A DNA stretch of 64,000 nucleotides from Crenarchaeota archaeon 13_1_40CM_3_52_17 (GTDB lineage Archaea > Thermoproteota > Bathyarchaeia > 40CM-2-53-6), in the NCBI GenBank assembly GCA_001918745.1, contig MNGN01000045.1, forward strand, positions 42,829-106,828, in the 5' to 3' direction. The notes under the pieces are model-generated. The model saw nothing but the letters and a program-made list of their open reading frames with translations, searched no databases and had not been told where the DNA came from. The position numbers and the translations under genes were made by a program. Each line of letters starts with the position of its first letter. Position 1 is the first letter of the stretch. Shown piece by piece: positions 47,010 to 55,532 of this stretch.

Positions 47010-49634
47010 TTGGCTCAGCCTCTGCCCTACATGGCCCTGAAAGACGCGCCAGTCCAGATCCGGCGAGCCGCCACCGTCGCCCAGATCTCCAGCAGCATCA
47101 CCCGCGCCCTCGGAATAATATTCACCACCCTAATCATAGCCACCCTCCCCACATGGGCCCCAGGCCTCCTCACCTACCAGACAATACCAGTCGGACTACT
47201 CGTCCTCGCGATCGGCTCGGTCATCGTCTCACGCAAAGGCAGCCGGATAAGAGAAGAGATCGCAGAACGAAAATTCGAAAAAGCCCGCAGCAGCACATTC
47301 ACCACCGCAATCCTAGGATTCGTAATAGGCGGCATCATCCCCGGCCTACTCTACATCTACCTCTACACCCGAATCGGCGACGTAATGGTCAAACGGACAC
47401 CAGACGACCCCAAAACAGTCTACCTCCTCCCACACCCAAGCGAGGGAATATTCCTCGGCCGATACCTCGGATGGATCGCAGCATACCTCCTCGTCCTCTA
47501 CATCGGCTACACCCAGCTATCACCAGGCCTCCGCGAAGTAAGCGACTGGCTCTCACCGGTCCTAGGCGTCCACTTCAACACGATGATCGTCGCCCTATTC
47601 CTCGTCTTCACCAACCCACTAACCTACCCCCCACTACTCTACCTCTGGACCTTCGCAGGATTCCTCGGCGGGCTAATCGCCGGCGGAAAAATCAGACGAG
47701 GCTTCTTAGTTGGCATGACAGTATACCTCTCCACCCTCGGAGCACTAGGCCTCGCAGCCCTCGCAATCTACCAGAACGTCAACCTCTCAACGCTCTCCAG
47801 CCTTCCCCCTCCACCACCAGGCTTCTCGATCATAAGCGCCACCACAGGACCCGTCACAGGCGACATCATCCCGATCCTCATCCAAGGCGCCTCTCCAACA
47901 AGCCAGATGGTCATCCAAGACGTCATACTGACCATGATCAGAAACGCGGGCCTAGTCTTCGCCGTAGCCACAATATCCGGTCGAGCAGCCTCCCTCTTCT
48001 GGCAAGGAGACGTTTTCATCCTCAAGACAATCTGGAAAACGATCAAGACAAAGAAAACAGCCCTGCCACAGAACACGGGCACTAGTACCTTTCCAAAGAA
48101 GGGCTTACTCCTACTCGCACTCGCAATTCTCCTTATGATCCCAACGTATCACTCGGTTAACCCACGACCGATAACCCAAGCTCCACCTAGCGGGCCCTAT
48201 CAGCAAAACCTCGCAATCGGACTAGACATGCTTGGCGCCCCGAACGCCAGCCTACGAATGACAAACCTCGACCTAACAAGCAAAGGCCTCGTCCTAGACA
48301 ACAATTACGCTGGAAACAATCTCTCGCTCTTCATAATCAACAACAACTATACGCGATTCCTCGGCACCAGCTCCAGTCTCGGCATACCAAGCTTCATCCT
48401 CGGCCTCTTCTCACAGCCCGCCCTGATCACGTTCTACACAGGAGACCCAGCCACGACTCGAGGAGAATCCGACAACGTCGCCGCACAATTCTCCCAAGCC
48501 CTTGGTGTCAGCTTCACGAAAGCATTCGCCGTTCCATCAGGCCAAGGCACTGTCACAATCTATGCGCCAAATCCTGAGCTCACAAACAACGACGCTCTCA
48601 CACGAGTTCTCGGCCTCCTTCCCAGCTCAAGCTTCTCCACCCTCATCAAACCGGCCAACCTCCAATCTCTCCAATATTTCGCGGCAATCGGCCTCGCAAG
48701 CATAAGCCTCCCAGCACCACTCAACAAAACGCCCACCCAAGCCTTCAGCTTCATCCTCAACACCCAATTCCCACGCCAATTCTACAAAGCAGGACAACAC
48801 TACCTCAGCCTGAAAACACTTCTTGGATTCCAGACTGGAATCGTGGGGGACACCAATTCAAACGCGTCCATCGTCTCCATCAGCTTCCAACGTGGAACGG
48901 TTCTCTACAGCCCGCTCGGGCTGACACCTCCCTACAACCCCATTTACAACAACTTCACTTCGACATACATCTACAATGCCACGATCACACCAAGATCAGA
49001 CTTCATGGCGAACTTCACCTATCCATTCGCCCCAAACATAACCATACAGAAAACCGTGAACCCGTTCAACGGACCTCTAGGCACCAGTCATAACATCCTT
49101 GTTACGATCCAGAACTTCGACAACGTCACAGTCACAAACCTCAACGTCACCGATGACCAGGCGCCACCCTCATACCAGAAAACGCTCGACATCTCACCGA
49201 ACGGAGTACAAACCGGCCAGTTCGCCAGTTTCCCTCCCGGACAGACACAATTCCTCAGCTATACTGCCACAACAAAAAGCAGCGGAATCTATGTTCTATC
49301 ACCTGCGAGTACGGAGTTCGTCTGGCAAGCATCGAATGGAACAAAGATCCGATACACGGTTACGACCGATAGCCCACTGATCTCGTCATCAAGCGGACCA
49401 TGGACACAGTTTACTAGAACGTTTACCGACCTCCAACCGTATTCCTATCTCCTCCTTCTCCCTCTTCTACTCACACCGATAATTGAACCTCTGAAACTTG
49501 TCCGAAGACATCGAAAGAAAAAACCGGAACCGTGGGTCAACACACCCGCAGAACCTCAAAACACACTGCCGCCGGCGCCTACGCAAGCCGGACCTGACAA
49601 AGGAGTCAATCCTCCCAACCCAACGGGTACTTGA
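47010..49634 (+). CDS. large polytopic membrane protein with sequon-rich extracytoplasmic domain and C-terminal anchor (hypothetical)
   Basis: 874 aa. It has about 8 N-terminal TM segments, then a ~450-aa region with more than 12 N-x-S/T sequons (for example NFDNVTVTNLNVTDD). A late TM (YSYLLLLPLLLTPII) is followed by a basic tail. The start is TTG at 47010 or ATG at 47031. Codons are extremely A/C-ending. Confidence 0.7.
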   Translation: MAQPLPYMALKDAPVQIRRAATVAQISSSITRALGIIFTTLIIATLPTWAPGLLTYQTIPVGLLVLAIGSVIVSRKGSRIREEIAERKFEKARSSTFTTAILGFVIGGIIPGLLYIYLYTRIGDVMVKRTPDDPKTVYLLPHPSEGIFLGRYLGWIAAYLLVLYIGYTQLSPGLREVSDWLSPVLGVHFNTMIVALFLVFTNPLTYPPLLYLWTFAGFLGGLIAGGKIRRGFLVGMTVYLSTLGALGLAALAIYQNVNLSTLSSLPPPPPGFSIISATTGPVTGDIIPILIQGASPTSQMVIQDVILTMIRNAGLVFAVATISGRAASLFWQGDVFILKTIWKTIKTKKTALPQNTGTSTFPKKGLLLLALAILLMIPTYHSVNPRPITQAPPSGPYQQNLAIGLDMLGAPNASLRMTNLDLTSKGLVLDNNYAGNNLSLFIINNNYTRFLGTSSSLGIPSFILGLFSQPALITFYTGDPATTRGESDNVAAQFSQALGVSFTKAFAVPSGQGTVTIYAPNPELTNNDALTRVLGLLPSSSFSTLIKPANLQSLQYFAAIGLASISLPAPLNKTPTQAFSFILNTQFPRQFYKAGQHYLSLKTLLGFQTGIVGDTNSNASIVSISFQRGTVLYSPLGLTPPYNPIYNNFTSTYIYNATITPRSDFMANFTYPFAPNITIQKTVNPFNGPLGTSHNILVTIQNFDNVTVTNLNVTDDQAPPSYQKTLDISPNGVQTGQFASFPPGQTQFLSYTATTKSSGIYVLSPASTEFVWQASNGTKIRYTVTTDSPLISSSSGPWTQFTRTFTDLQPYSYLLLLPLLLTPIIEPLKLVRRHRKKKPEPWVNTPAEPQNTLPPAPTQAGPDKGVNPPNPTGT

Positions 49635-49738
49635 GAGTCTTCACAATCGCGGATCCTCACTCGCATCCGAGCCTCTTCCCTGGCGTGTTTCCTATTTTAG
49701 CCCTGAAATCGCTTCACTACCAGTGAAGTTCCTCGTAG

Positions 49739-49760
49739 ACCCCTTCATTTCCACTGGAAC
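49739..49760 (-). promoter_or_regulatory. ORB-like box with G-string (minus strand GTTCCAGTGGAAATGAAGGGGT)
   Basis: Read directly. The core 11-mer at 49749-49759 is the exact reverse complement of 55353-55363. Confidence 0.45.
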
Positions 49761-49883
49761 TTATGGAAACGGTCGGATTACCCGCGAATACCCGTTCACG
49801 ACTAACGCCAATAGTGATGCGTGAGCCTTTTCTACATGTGAAAGGTGAACTGTGAAGTCCCTAGTTTTTCTCGAGGAACAAAG

Positions 49884-50306
49884 ATGAGACCACGACGATT
49901 GAAAGTGGAATTCTATGACCCGGAAGGCGTCAGACACTCCATCGCAATCGACGGTCCTGTGACAAGGGAGAAGGTGGCTAAGATATTGGACCTCGTTGAG
50001 TTGATGTCCGGAACGCCGCAGGCGTCGGCTACGGCTCTCGGGCTCTCCCCCCGAAAATTCGACAGACTGGCCAGCACAATCATATCCAATCTGAAGGGAA
50101 GAAGCTTCACATCACGTGACGCGAGAAAGATATTCGAAACCACCTTCAAGGAAAAGATACCCTTGAGCACGGTGTCCACATACCTAACGAGACTCACAGA
50201 CCGAGGGGTTCTTGAGAGACACCAAGAAAAGCTCGGCTTAGCTTACCAGGTCAGGCTTGATGAGCAGAAACAGTCTCTCGTTCCTGCTCCTTCCCTTCAG
50301 CCTTAG
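49884..50306 (+). CDS. hypothetical protein with C-terminal winged-helix domain
   Basis: MRPRRLKVEFYDPEGV...; the C-terminus is IPLSTVSTYLTRLTDRGVLERHQEKLGLAYQV. I prefer the ATG at 49884 over the listed GTG at 49845. Confidence 0.55.
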   Translation: MRPRRLKVEFYDPEGVRHSIAIDGPVTREKVAKILDLVELMSGTPQASATALGLSPRKFDRLASTIISNLKGRSFTSRDARKIFETTFKEKIPLSTVSTYLTRLTDRGVLERHQEKLGLAYQVRLDEQKQSLVPAPSLQP

Positions 50307-50991
50307 TAAAGCTCTGTTTCACGCGCTCCACAGTCGAGTATCGGAACGGGATCCGGGTCGGGTCTCGTCTAACATATCCCTCATCGAAGAGTTTCTTCAT
50401 CAAACGAGCCGTATGCTCCCTGGAACGCCCCACAACTCTTCCTATTTCTGGGGCGGACTTCGGACCTTGTTCCGCAAGAAGAGTGAGAACCTGGAGCTCC
50501 GTGGGAGTCGTTATTGAGTTCAATGAACCTGGTTGCACGACAGAAGGGTCGGTCGGAGTTGGAGCTTGGCCCCTAGCCGACTGCAGGACGGGTTGTTCGA
50601 GTTCCGATCTCTCTTCGAACTCCTTGGCTACGGTCGGGATTGTCGCCGGAATACGCAGAACTGCATCAGCAACCTCCCTAATCCTGTTCAACGACTCCCC
50701 GAGCAACTTCTCTGTTTTTTGAAGCCGCTCAAGCAACACCAGATCAGAAAGTTTGGACTGATCGCTCGATACCTTGAGCGTTCCAACCTGAATAGACAAG
50801 TCCTTCAAGCTCGCTTCGAAAGAGGTGAGCCTTGTCGAGAATACGTCGAAGAATAGCTTTGCAACGTCTCTATTTTCAATGAGGACCGGAGCCCCCGTTC
50901 CACCTGACCTTTTCCCTATCCCAAACATTTCTGTGACATCACGCGATATGGGCTGTGACGTCACCATAAGCTCGACAAATGCATTTAACAC
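50251..50991 (-). CDS. coiled-coil protein with C-terminal MarR/TrmB-like wHTH
   Basis: The C-terminus is TELQVLTLLAEQGPKSAPEIGRVVGRSREHTARLMKKLFDEGYVRRD. The likely start is the Met at 50928 (MFGIGKRSGG). There is a 56-nt convergent overlap with 49884..50306. Confidence 0.6.
   Translation of the reverse strand: MLNAFVELMVTSQPISRDVTEMFGIGKRSGGTGAPVLIENRDVAKLFFDVFSTRLTSFEASLKDLSIQVGTLKVSSDQSKLSDLVLLERLQKTEKLLGESLNRIREVADAVLRIPATIPTVAKEFEERSELEQPVLQSARGQAPTPTDPSVVQPGSLNSITTPTELQVLTLLAEQGPKSAPEIGRVVGRSREHTARLMKKLFDEGYVRRDPTRIPFRYSTVERVKQSFTKAEGKEQERETVSAHQA
50933..50964. promoter_or_regulatory. two palindromic boxes, GTGACATCAC (50933-50942) and GTGACGTCAC (50955-50964)
   Basis: Read directly. 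The centres are 22 bp apart, just upstream of the Met at 50928. A third exact GTGACGTCAC lies at 51177-51186. Confidence 0.45.
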
Positions 50992-51182
50992 TAACGATTG
51001 TGAGGTTGACCCCTACAAAAAGCCGTCACAAGTGATGGAGGCGTGACCTCTTCGTTGCATCATGATGTCAAGGGGATGACGTGTCGTGTCAAGTACCTTC
51101 TCAAGCTCGTCGGAAGGATCACTCGATCAGCAATACGCGCCCATCGGCGTGACTCATGTGATGCCTAATCACTTGTGTGACG

Positions 51183-51674
51183 TCACGTATCACGGTTTCT
51201 TCCGAACAGAGCCTGAAACGCATTCTCAAGGTCCTCGATAATGGAATCCACTGTCCTCTGATACACGCTAGGGTCAGATTGAGCCGCATCTCTGAGCTGC
51301 GAAGTGGAAGTCTTGAGACGTTCTGAAGCTTCCAGAAAGGGTGCGATGCTTGGCGATTCCGTTAGCCCACAGTAACCAAGGAGAAGAATGGTGTGAATTG
51401 CCTCCACAACGTTTTGTCTTGCTTGAGTTAGGGTCCTATTGAAGGATCCGCGGCTGATTCCTCTCTGATCTCGCCGCAATTGAGCCATATCACCGCGCGT
51501 TAGGCGTTTATTCGCCATATCATGTCCAAGCTGGTCTACCAGAAGCGTTTCGAACTGTGTTATAGTTAGATTACTCCGCTCCAACAGTGCTGAGAGTATC
51601 CTATCGCGAAGCGTTTCCACAATAACGGCACGCGTCCCCTCGTGCCAGCCTTTGGGCATTTCAGAATTCCCCAT
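51183..51674 (-). CDS. hypothetical protein, possible HTH
   Basis: 163 aa. QRGISRGSFNRTLTQARQNVVEAI resembles a sigma70-r4/LuxR-type recognition helix. Weak support. Confidence 0.5.
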   Translation of the reverse strand: MGNSEMPKGWHEGTRAVIVETLRDRILSALLERSNLTITQFETLLVDQLGHDMANKRLTRGDMAQLRRDQRGISRGSFNRTLTQARQNVVEAIHTILLLGYCGLTESPSIAPFLEASERLKTSTSQLRDAAQSDPSVYQRTVDSIIEDLENAFQALFGRNRDT

Positions 51675-51797
51675 GGATACGGTTTTGTATCCGTCACTAT
51701 TCTATCTTGCTCACCCTGGTCTCAATGACGCTGGCAAGTTACATCACGCTTATTCCGCAACTTTGACCCCTTCGAATTAGTCAAACGCGGGTCTTAC

Positions 51798-52904
51798 ATG
51801 GCCACAGGTGCAAGAACAGAATCAGGCAATTTCGTAGTGGACATGGTCTGCGACGTCTGCCGGGTCGAGGGCTTCGAGGTGGAGAAAAACGCACAGACAG
51901 GGGATTCGCCGAACCATTTCGTGGACATTCTCGCCTCTCGGAAGAAGGGCAAGAAGGTACAGAAAGTCGCTTTTGAGTGCTGGGAAGGAACTAGTCAAGT
52001 TGAAGGACGACAAGTGGAGAAGTTCGCGGCTCGCTTGAAAAGTCTAGGAATTCAGAGCGGAATCTACGTCTCCCCCAAAGGGTTCGGGGGCAACGCGGAA
52101 TTCATGGCCCGCAAGCTCGGCGTGGAACTCTGGGACCTAGCTAAGCTAAAGGAGAGGGTAGAAAACATCAAGGCCCCAGAGAGACACAAAGTTCCGGGGA
52201 CGCTACCTGTAGCCAGAGCTGCAGCGTCTCGCCTCTTAGCTCATGGCTTGGCGAACGGCGCTTTCCTCAGGCTATCCTCTATGCCCAAGCTTGAGTTTCG
52301 GCCATATTTCTTTGCCAATTTCCAGATCGATAATCAACGAAGAAAACTAGCGCTGGGAGTTCTCGTGTTTGACGGTGTCGATGGGCGGGTGTGCGACGCA
52401 GCTCTCTTCGAAGGACACATGGATGATCTTCCATCAACTGGCTTCTTTGTTGATTGTCTCGAGATCGAACCATCAACAGGTTCCATGCCGAAGTTGCCTC
52501 CTGAACTTGAGATGAAGAACACCGTCACAGTCGCGCCGGCAGGAGTAACCGAGGACATGATCCGATCTAAGACCAAGGAGACGGTAAGCGGTCATGACGA
52601 TGCAACCGTAACGGGGGTTCAACTGCTCCATATTCCCATAGTGACCTTGGAGATGCTTGCCGCGGGCAAATCCTATCGGAAGATCCTTCAAGCGGCCACA
52701 GGAAAGATGATCTGGGACGACACTCAGAAGTGTTCACTTTGTGATCAAAAGTCTAGGGCAATATGCGAGGTCTGTGGTGGGACGGTGTGTACTGAGCACG
52801 AGAGAACTTGCAGCTCCTGCCGCAAGCACCTTTGCACAGATTGCATGGTGACAAAGGGGATCGTAAACAAGATTCCGCTTTGCCCAACATGCAAGAATGC
52901 CTAG
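51798..52904 (+). CDS. Mrr-like restriction-endonuclease-fold domain fused to unknown middle domain and Cys-rich multi-zinc module
   Basis: The N-terminus is HFVDILAS...KVAFECWEGTSQVEGRQVEKFAARLKSLGIQSGIYVSPKGFGGNAEFMARKLGVELWDLAKL, a D...E-x-K/W-type PD-(D/E)xK layout as in Mrr_cat. The C-terminus is CSLCDQKSRAICEVCGGTVCTEHERTCSSCRKHLCTDCMVTKGIVNKIPLCPTC. Confidence 0.6.
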   Translation: MATGARTESGNFVVDMVCDVCRVEGFEVEKNAQTGDSPNHFVDILASRKKGKKVQKVAFECWEGTSQVEGRQVEKFAARLKSLGIQSGIYVSPKGFGGNAEFMARKLGVELWDLAKLKERVENIKAPERHKVPGTLPVARAAASRLLAHGLANGAFLRLSSMPKLEFRPYFFANFQIDNQRRKLALGVLVFDGVDGRVCDAALFEGHMDDLPSTGFFVDCLEIEPSTGSMPKLPPELEMKNTVTVAPAGVTEDMIRSKTKETVSGHDDATVTGVQLLHIPIVTLEMLAAGKSYRKILQAATGKMIWDDTQKCSLCDQKSRAICEVCGGTVCTEHERTCSSCRKHLCTDCMVTKGIVNKIPLCPTCKNA

Positions 52905-53009
52905 AGAAAGCCCGAATCCCTCTTACTGCTGCATAGTGAATCGCCCAATCTTGCGTACTAACCACTGAACATCATTCTTCATGGGTCATGAGGGACAGGA
53001 ACGAGGCCA

Positions 53010-53231
53010 CTATCTAGGAACATGGTTTTCAGCCAGTGCCGCCTTGGCGAGCCGCTGTATCGTCTCCTCATGTCTACTGATGTGAGCCATCATGTTCAAC
53101 CTCAGTCTTTGCATCGCTGCCCGAGCGGCATCTCGCGCGGCCTGCTCCATCAAAGGGGTAAGCCTCTCTTCCATCCTCTTCAGCAAAGCCTCCTCAAGAC
53201 GGAGAACCTCTTCCTCACGCAAAGTCTCCAT
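53010..53231 (-). CDS. small coiled-coil protein (hypothetical)
   Basis: 73 aa, Glu/Arg/Ala/Leu-rich. Its start is 5 nt after the stop of 53237..53482. Confidence 0.4.
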   Translation of the reverse strand: METLREEEVLRLEEALLKRMEERLTPLMEQAARDAARAAMQRLRLNMMAHISRHEETIQRLAKAALAENHVPR

Positions 53232-53236
53232 TCAAC

Positions 53237-53482
53237 TCACCTCCTCCGCGAAGCTACAGCAGTCGACTCGATTTCATCTATTATTGGATCAACCTTCACT
53301 GACTGGCGGGCGCACATCGCGCATTCCCAGACCCTGTCACAGGTGAAGTTCTCGTAATTGCAACATCGCCTGCGGAAGTAATCGTTCAGTTGATTCTCTC
53401 GATTGGCCTTTTTCCCAGTCATGCCAAACTCACCAACACAAAACCCATGAACTCTTACGTTGACTGTCCACAGCAGCATCAA
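53237..53482 (-). CDS. small Cys-rich protein (hypothetical)
   Basis: 81 aa, or 61 aa from the internal Met (MTGKKANRENQLNDYFRRRCCNYENFTCDRVWECAMC...). Confidence 0.35.
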   Translation of the reverse strand: MMLLWTVNVRVHGFCVGEFGMTGKKANRENQLNDYFRRRCCNYENFTCDRVWECAMCARQSVKVDPIIDEIESTAVASRRR

Positions 53483-53514
53483 CGGGACGACTAAAGCCTC
53501 CTGTAACTGGAAAC

Positions 53515-54099
53515 CTAGTCGGAAGGTTCCGAGGAGAACAGACCTCTAGCAAGGACGCTTGCAAGCCGCAAGGGTTCTGGCATTCGCGAGACGAATGCTG
53601 ATGCTTTCAGGATGGAACGAGCTTCGCGAGTTGAGCATCCGAACCGTTCAAAGAACACTGGACCCTCGTTGGGCATCGTCCGAACCTTGTGCAAGGAACC
53701 GAGTGATCTGATCAGTTCCCATCTCTTTCCCCAATCGGGAAAATGTTTGAACAGGGCACGCTTCACAGCCCTGTTATTAGGTCGGGAACCCACAACCACA
53801 ACTACTGGCGCTTTGCACAACTTCTGTATTTTCCAAGGGTCGATAAGATTGAACCCTCCAAAAGTCACGCCTAACAACAATACCGGAGTATGCAGAGACC
53901 CTCTTAGTAGAGACCCGGCCGTTCTAGTTGCGTCGAGTCCATCTACAGTAATCCAGTCAGTTCTTAGTTGTTGTAGATGAGCCCCTTTCAGCCACACAAC
54001 TAGGAGCGGGGCATGTCTGACCTTGTCATTGGTTTTCGGCGGAAACGGGCCGTCATCGATGCCAATACATCTAGAGACTAGTTTGATGTCTGAGGACAC
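53515..54099 (-). CDS. DUF99/UPF0215-family protein
   Basis: IGIDDGPF...ITVDGLDATRT...LLLGVTFGGFNLIDP...APVVVVVG matches my recollection of the DUF99 pattern. Its start overlaps the cdc6 3' end by 29 nt. Confidence 0.75.
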   Translation of the reverse strand: MSSDIKLVSRCIGIDDGPFPPKTNDKVRHAPLLVVWLKGAHLQQLRTDWITVDGLDATRTAGSLLRGSLHTPVLLLGVTFGGFNLIDPWKIQKLCKAPVVVVVGSRPNNRAVKRALFKHFPDWGKRWELIRSLGSLHKVRTMPNEGPVFFERFGCSTREARSILKASAFVSRMPEPLRLASVLARGLFSSEPSD

Positions 54100-55318
54100 T
54101 CCGTGGAACGTAGCTGAGAAGTCCTCGAACCATCTCGTCCGCGCTGAATGAAGTGTTCACCGCACGAGCTTCGACGCCCAGCCGTATCTTCTTTGTACGA
54201 CCGTACCTGCCGAAGCTGACTACTCGCGCGTTCAGCACCCCCATGATATCCAGCTCATTGAGCAGCCCGCTGACTCTTCGCTGGGTGAGAGGTTCGACTG
54301 AACCGGCGCCGCACAACTCTCGATACACCTCGTACACGTCCCCCGTTACCGAGCTCTCTTTCCTCGCGTTCTCCAGTTGCATTACTGAGATTAGAAGGAT
54401 TCGCGAGTGGAGTGGGAGGGATGACAAGGCTTCCGTCACACGGTCATGTTCGACTTTCTGTTGGGCTTCGCGGACGTGATTCTCTACTACGCGAGGCTCG
54501 CGTGATCGTTCGGCGATCTCAGCGGCCACTCTGAGGAGGTCGAGTGCACGTCGTGCGTCACCGTGTTCTCCTGCGGCCAAGGCTGCGCATAGGTGCAGAG
54601 CTCCTTGGTCCAGAATTCCGGTGCGAAGGGCAAGTTCTGCTCGTTCCTTTAGAATGTCGTATAGCTCATCTGAGGAGTATGGTTTGAACACGACCTCTTC
54701 CTCTCCTAGCGAGCTTAGGACTCTGGGGTCCAGGAAGTCTTTGAAGTGGAGGTCGTTTGATATTCCTATGAGCCCGATCCAGCCGTCGGCCAGTTTCTCG
54801 TTTATCCTGGTTAGTTCGTATAGCAGACTGTCGTCTTCGCTTCTCTTTACCAGCGCGTCTATCTCGTCTAGGACGACGAGGAAGGCGGAGCCACGTGATT
54901 GGAGCGCGTTTCTGAACCGGTCTAGGAGCTCACCTACAGCGAGTCCGGTGAATGGGACTTCTCGACCGAGAGATCTGCAGAGATCGGCGATAACCCTGTA
55001 GTTTGTTCCCGAGAGACGGCAGTTAATGTAGCTCGTATCGAGAGCTCGTCCGTGTTCGCGAGCCTTGCGCTGTAACCGATCTAGAACGAATCTTGTCACG
55101 ATTGTCTTCCCTGTTCCAGTCTTGCCGTAGGCGAAGAGGTTCGACACTCGATCCTTTGTAAGGGCTGGAGCGAGCACGGATCCGAGCCGGCGGATCTGCT
55201 CTTCCCGGTGTGGAAGGGTTGCGGGCATATAGTCATGTCTGAGGAGGTTTCTGTCGCGAAAGACCTCCCCTCCTGACAAGACTCTTTCGAAGATGAGATC
55301 TAATCCTTGCTGTGACAA
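54071..55318 (-). CDS. cdc6: Orc1/Cdc6 replication initiator
   Basis: 415 aa. FRDRNLLRHDYMPATLPHREEQI, Walker A YGKTGTGKT, Walker B LVVLDEID, sensor regions and a C-terminal winged helix. Confidence 0.95.
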   Translation of the reverse strand: MSQQGLDLIFERVLSGGEVFRDRNLLRHDYMPATLPHREEQIRRLGSVLAPALTKDRVSNLFAYGKTGTGKTIVTRFVLDRLQRKAREHGRALDTSYINCRLSGTNYRVIADLCRSLGREVPFTGLAVGELLDRFRNALQSRGSAFLVVLDEIDALVKRSEDDSLLYELTRINEKLADGWIGLIGISNDLHFKDFLDPRVLSSLGEEEVVFKPYSSDELYDILKERAELALRTGILDQGALHLCAALAAGEHGDARRALDLLRVAAEIAERSREPRVVENHVREAQQKVEHDRVTEALSSLPLHSRILLISVMQLENARKESSVTGDVYEVYRELCGAGSVEPLTQRRVSGLLNELDIMGVLNARVVSFGRYGRTKKIRLGVEARAVNTSFSADEMVRGLLSYVPRSVLRHQTSL

Positions 55319-55352
55319 AATCTGAAACAGTCCGGGTTTTCTGCGAGCCGGC

Positions 55353-55396
55353 TTCCAGTGGAATTAAGGGTTCTTGTAGAGAATTTCGTGTGGAAT
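55353..55396 (+). promoter_or_regulatory. ORB-like core TTCCAGTGGAATtaaGGGT (55353-55371) plus degenerate direct copy TTCGTGTGGAAT (55385-55396)
   Basis: Read directly in the cdc6 / 55533 divergent intergenic region. The two copies are 32 nt apart. Confidence 0.45.
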
Positions 55397-55532
55397 ACAC
55401 GATTCTACTAAACTACGCCATTGCAACACTGGTGTTTCTACGGTTACAGCCTGTCGCGACCCTTATCATCAACGGTCGGCACAATTTAGATACACGCACT
55501 GGCCAACAAGATCGGACACGCTGAACTCTGGC

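Noticed and set aside
47153-48085. 310-aa alternate-frame ORF (Pro/Arg/His-rich) entirely inside the 874-aa gene on the same strand
   Set aside because: The sequence is low-complexity. The frame stays open because the region is extremely poor in T and G, so stop codons are rare. The overlapping frame encodes coherent TM helices.
46446-53500. Idea that the skewed block plus the regulator and nuclease genes form an integrated virus or plasmid
   Set aside because: I could find no integrase, capsid or packaging gene, tRNA target or flanking direct repeats. It is kept only as an accessory-island hypothesis.
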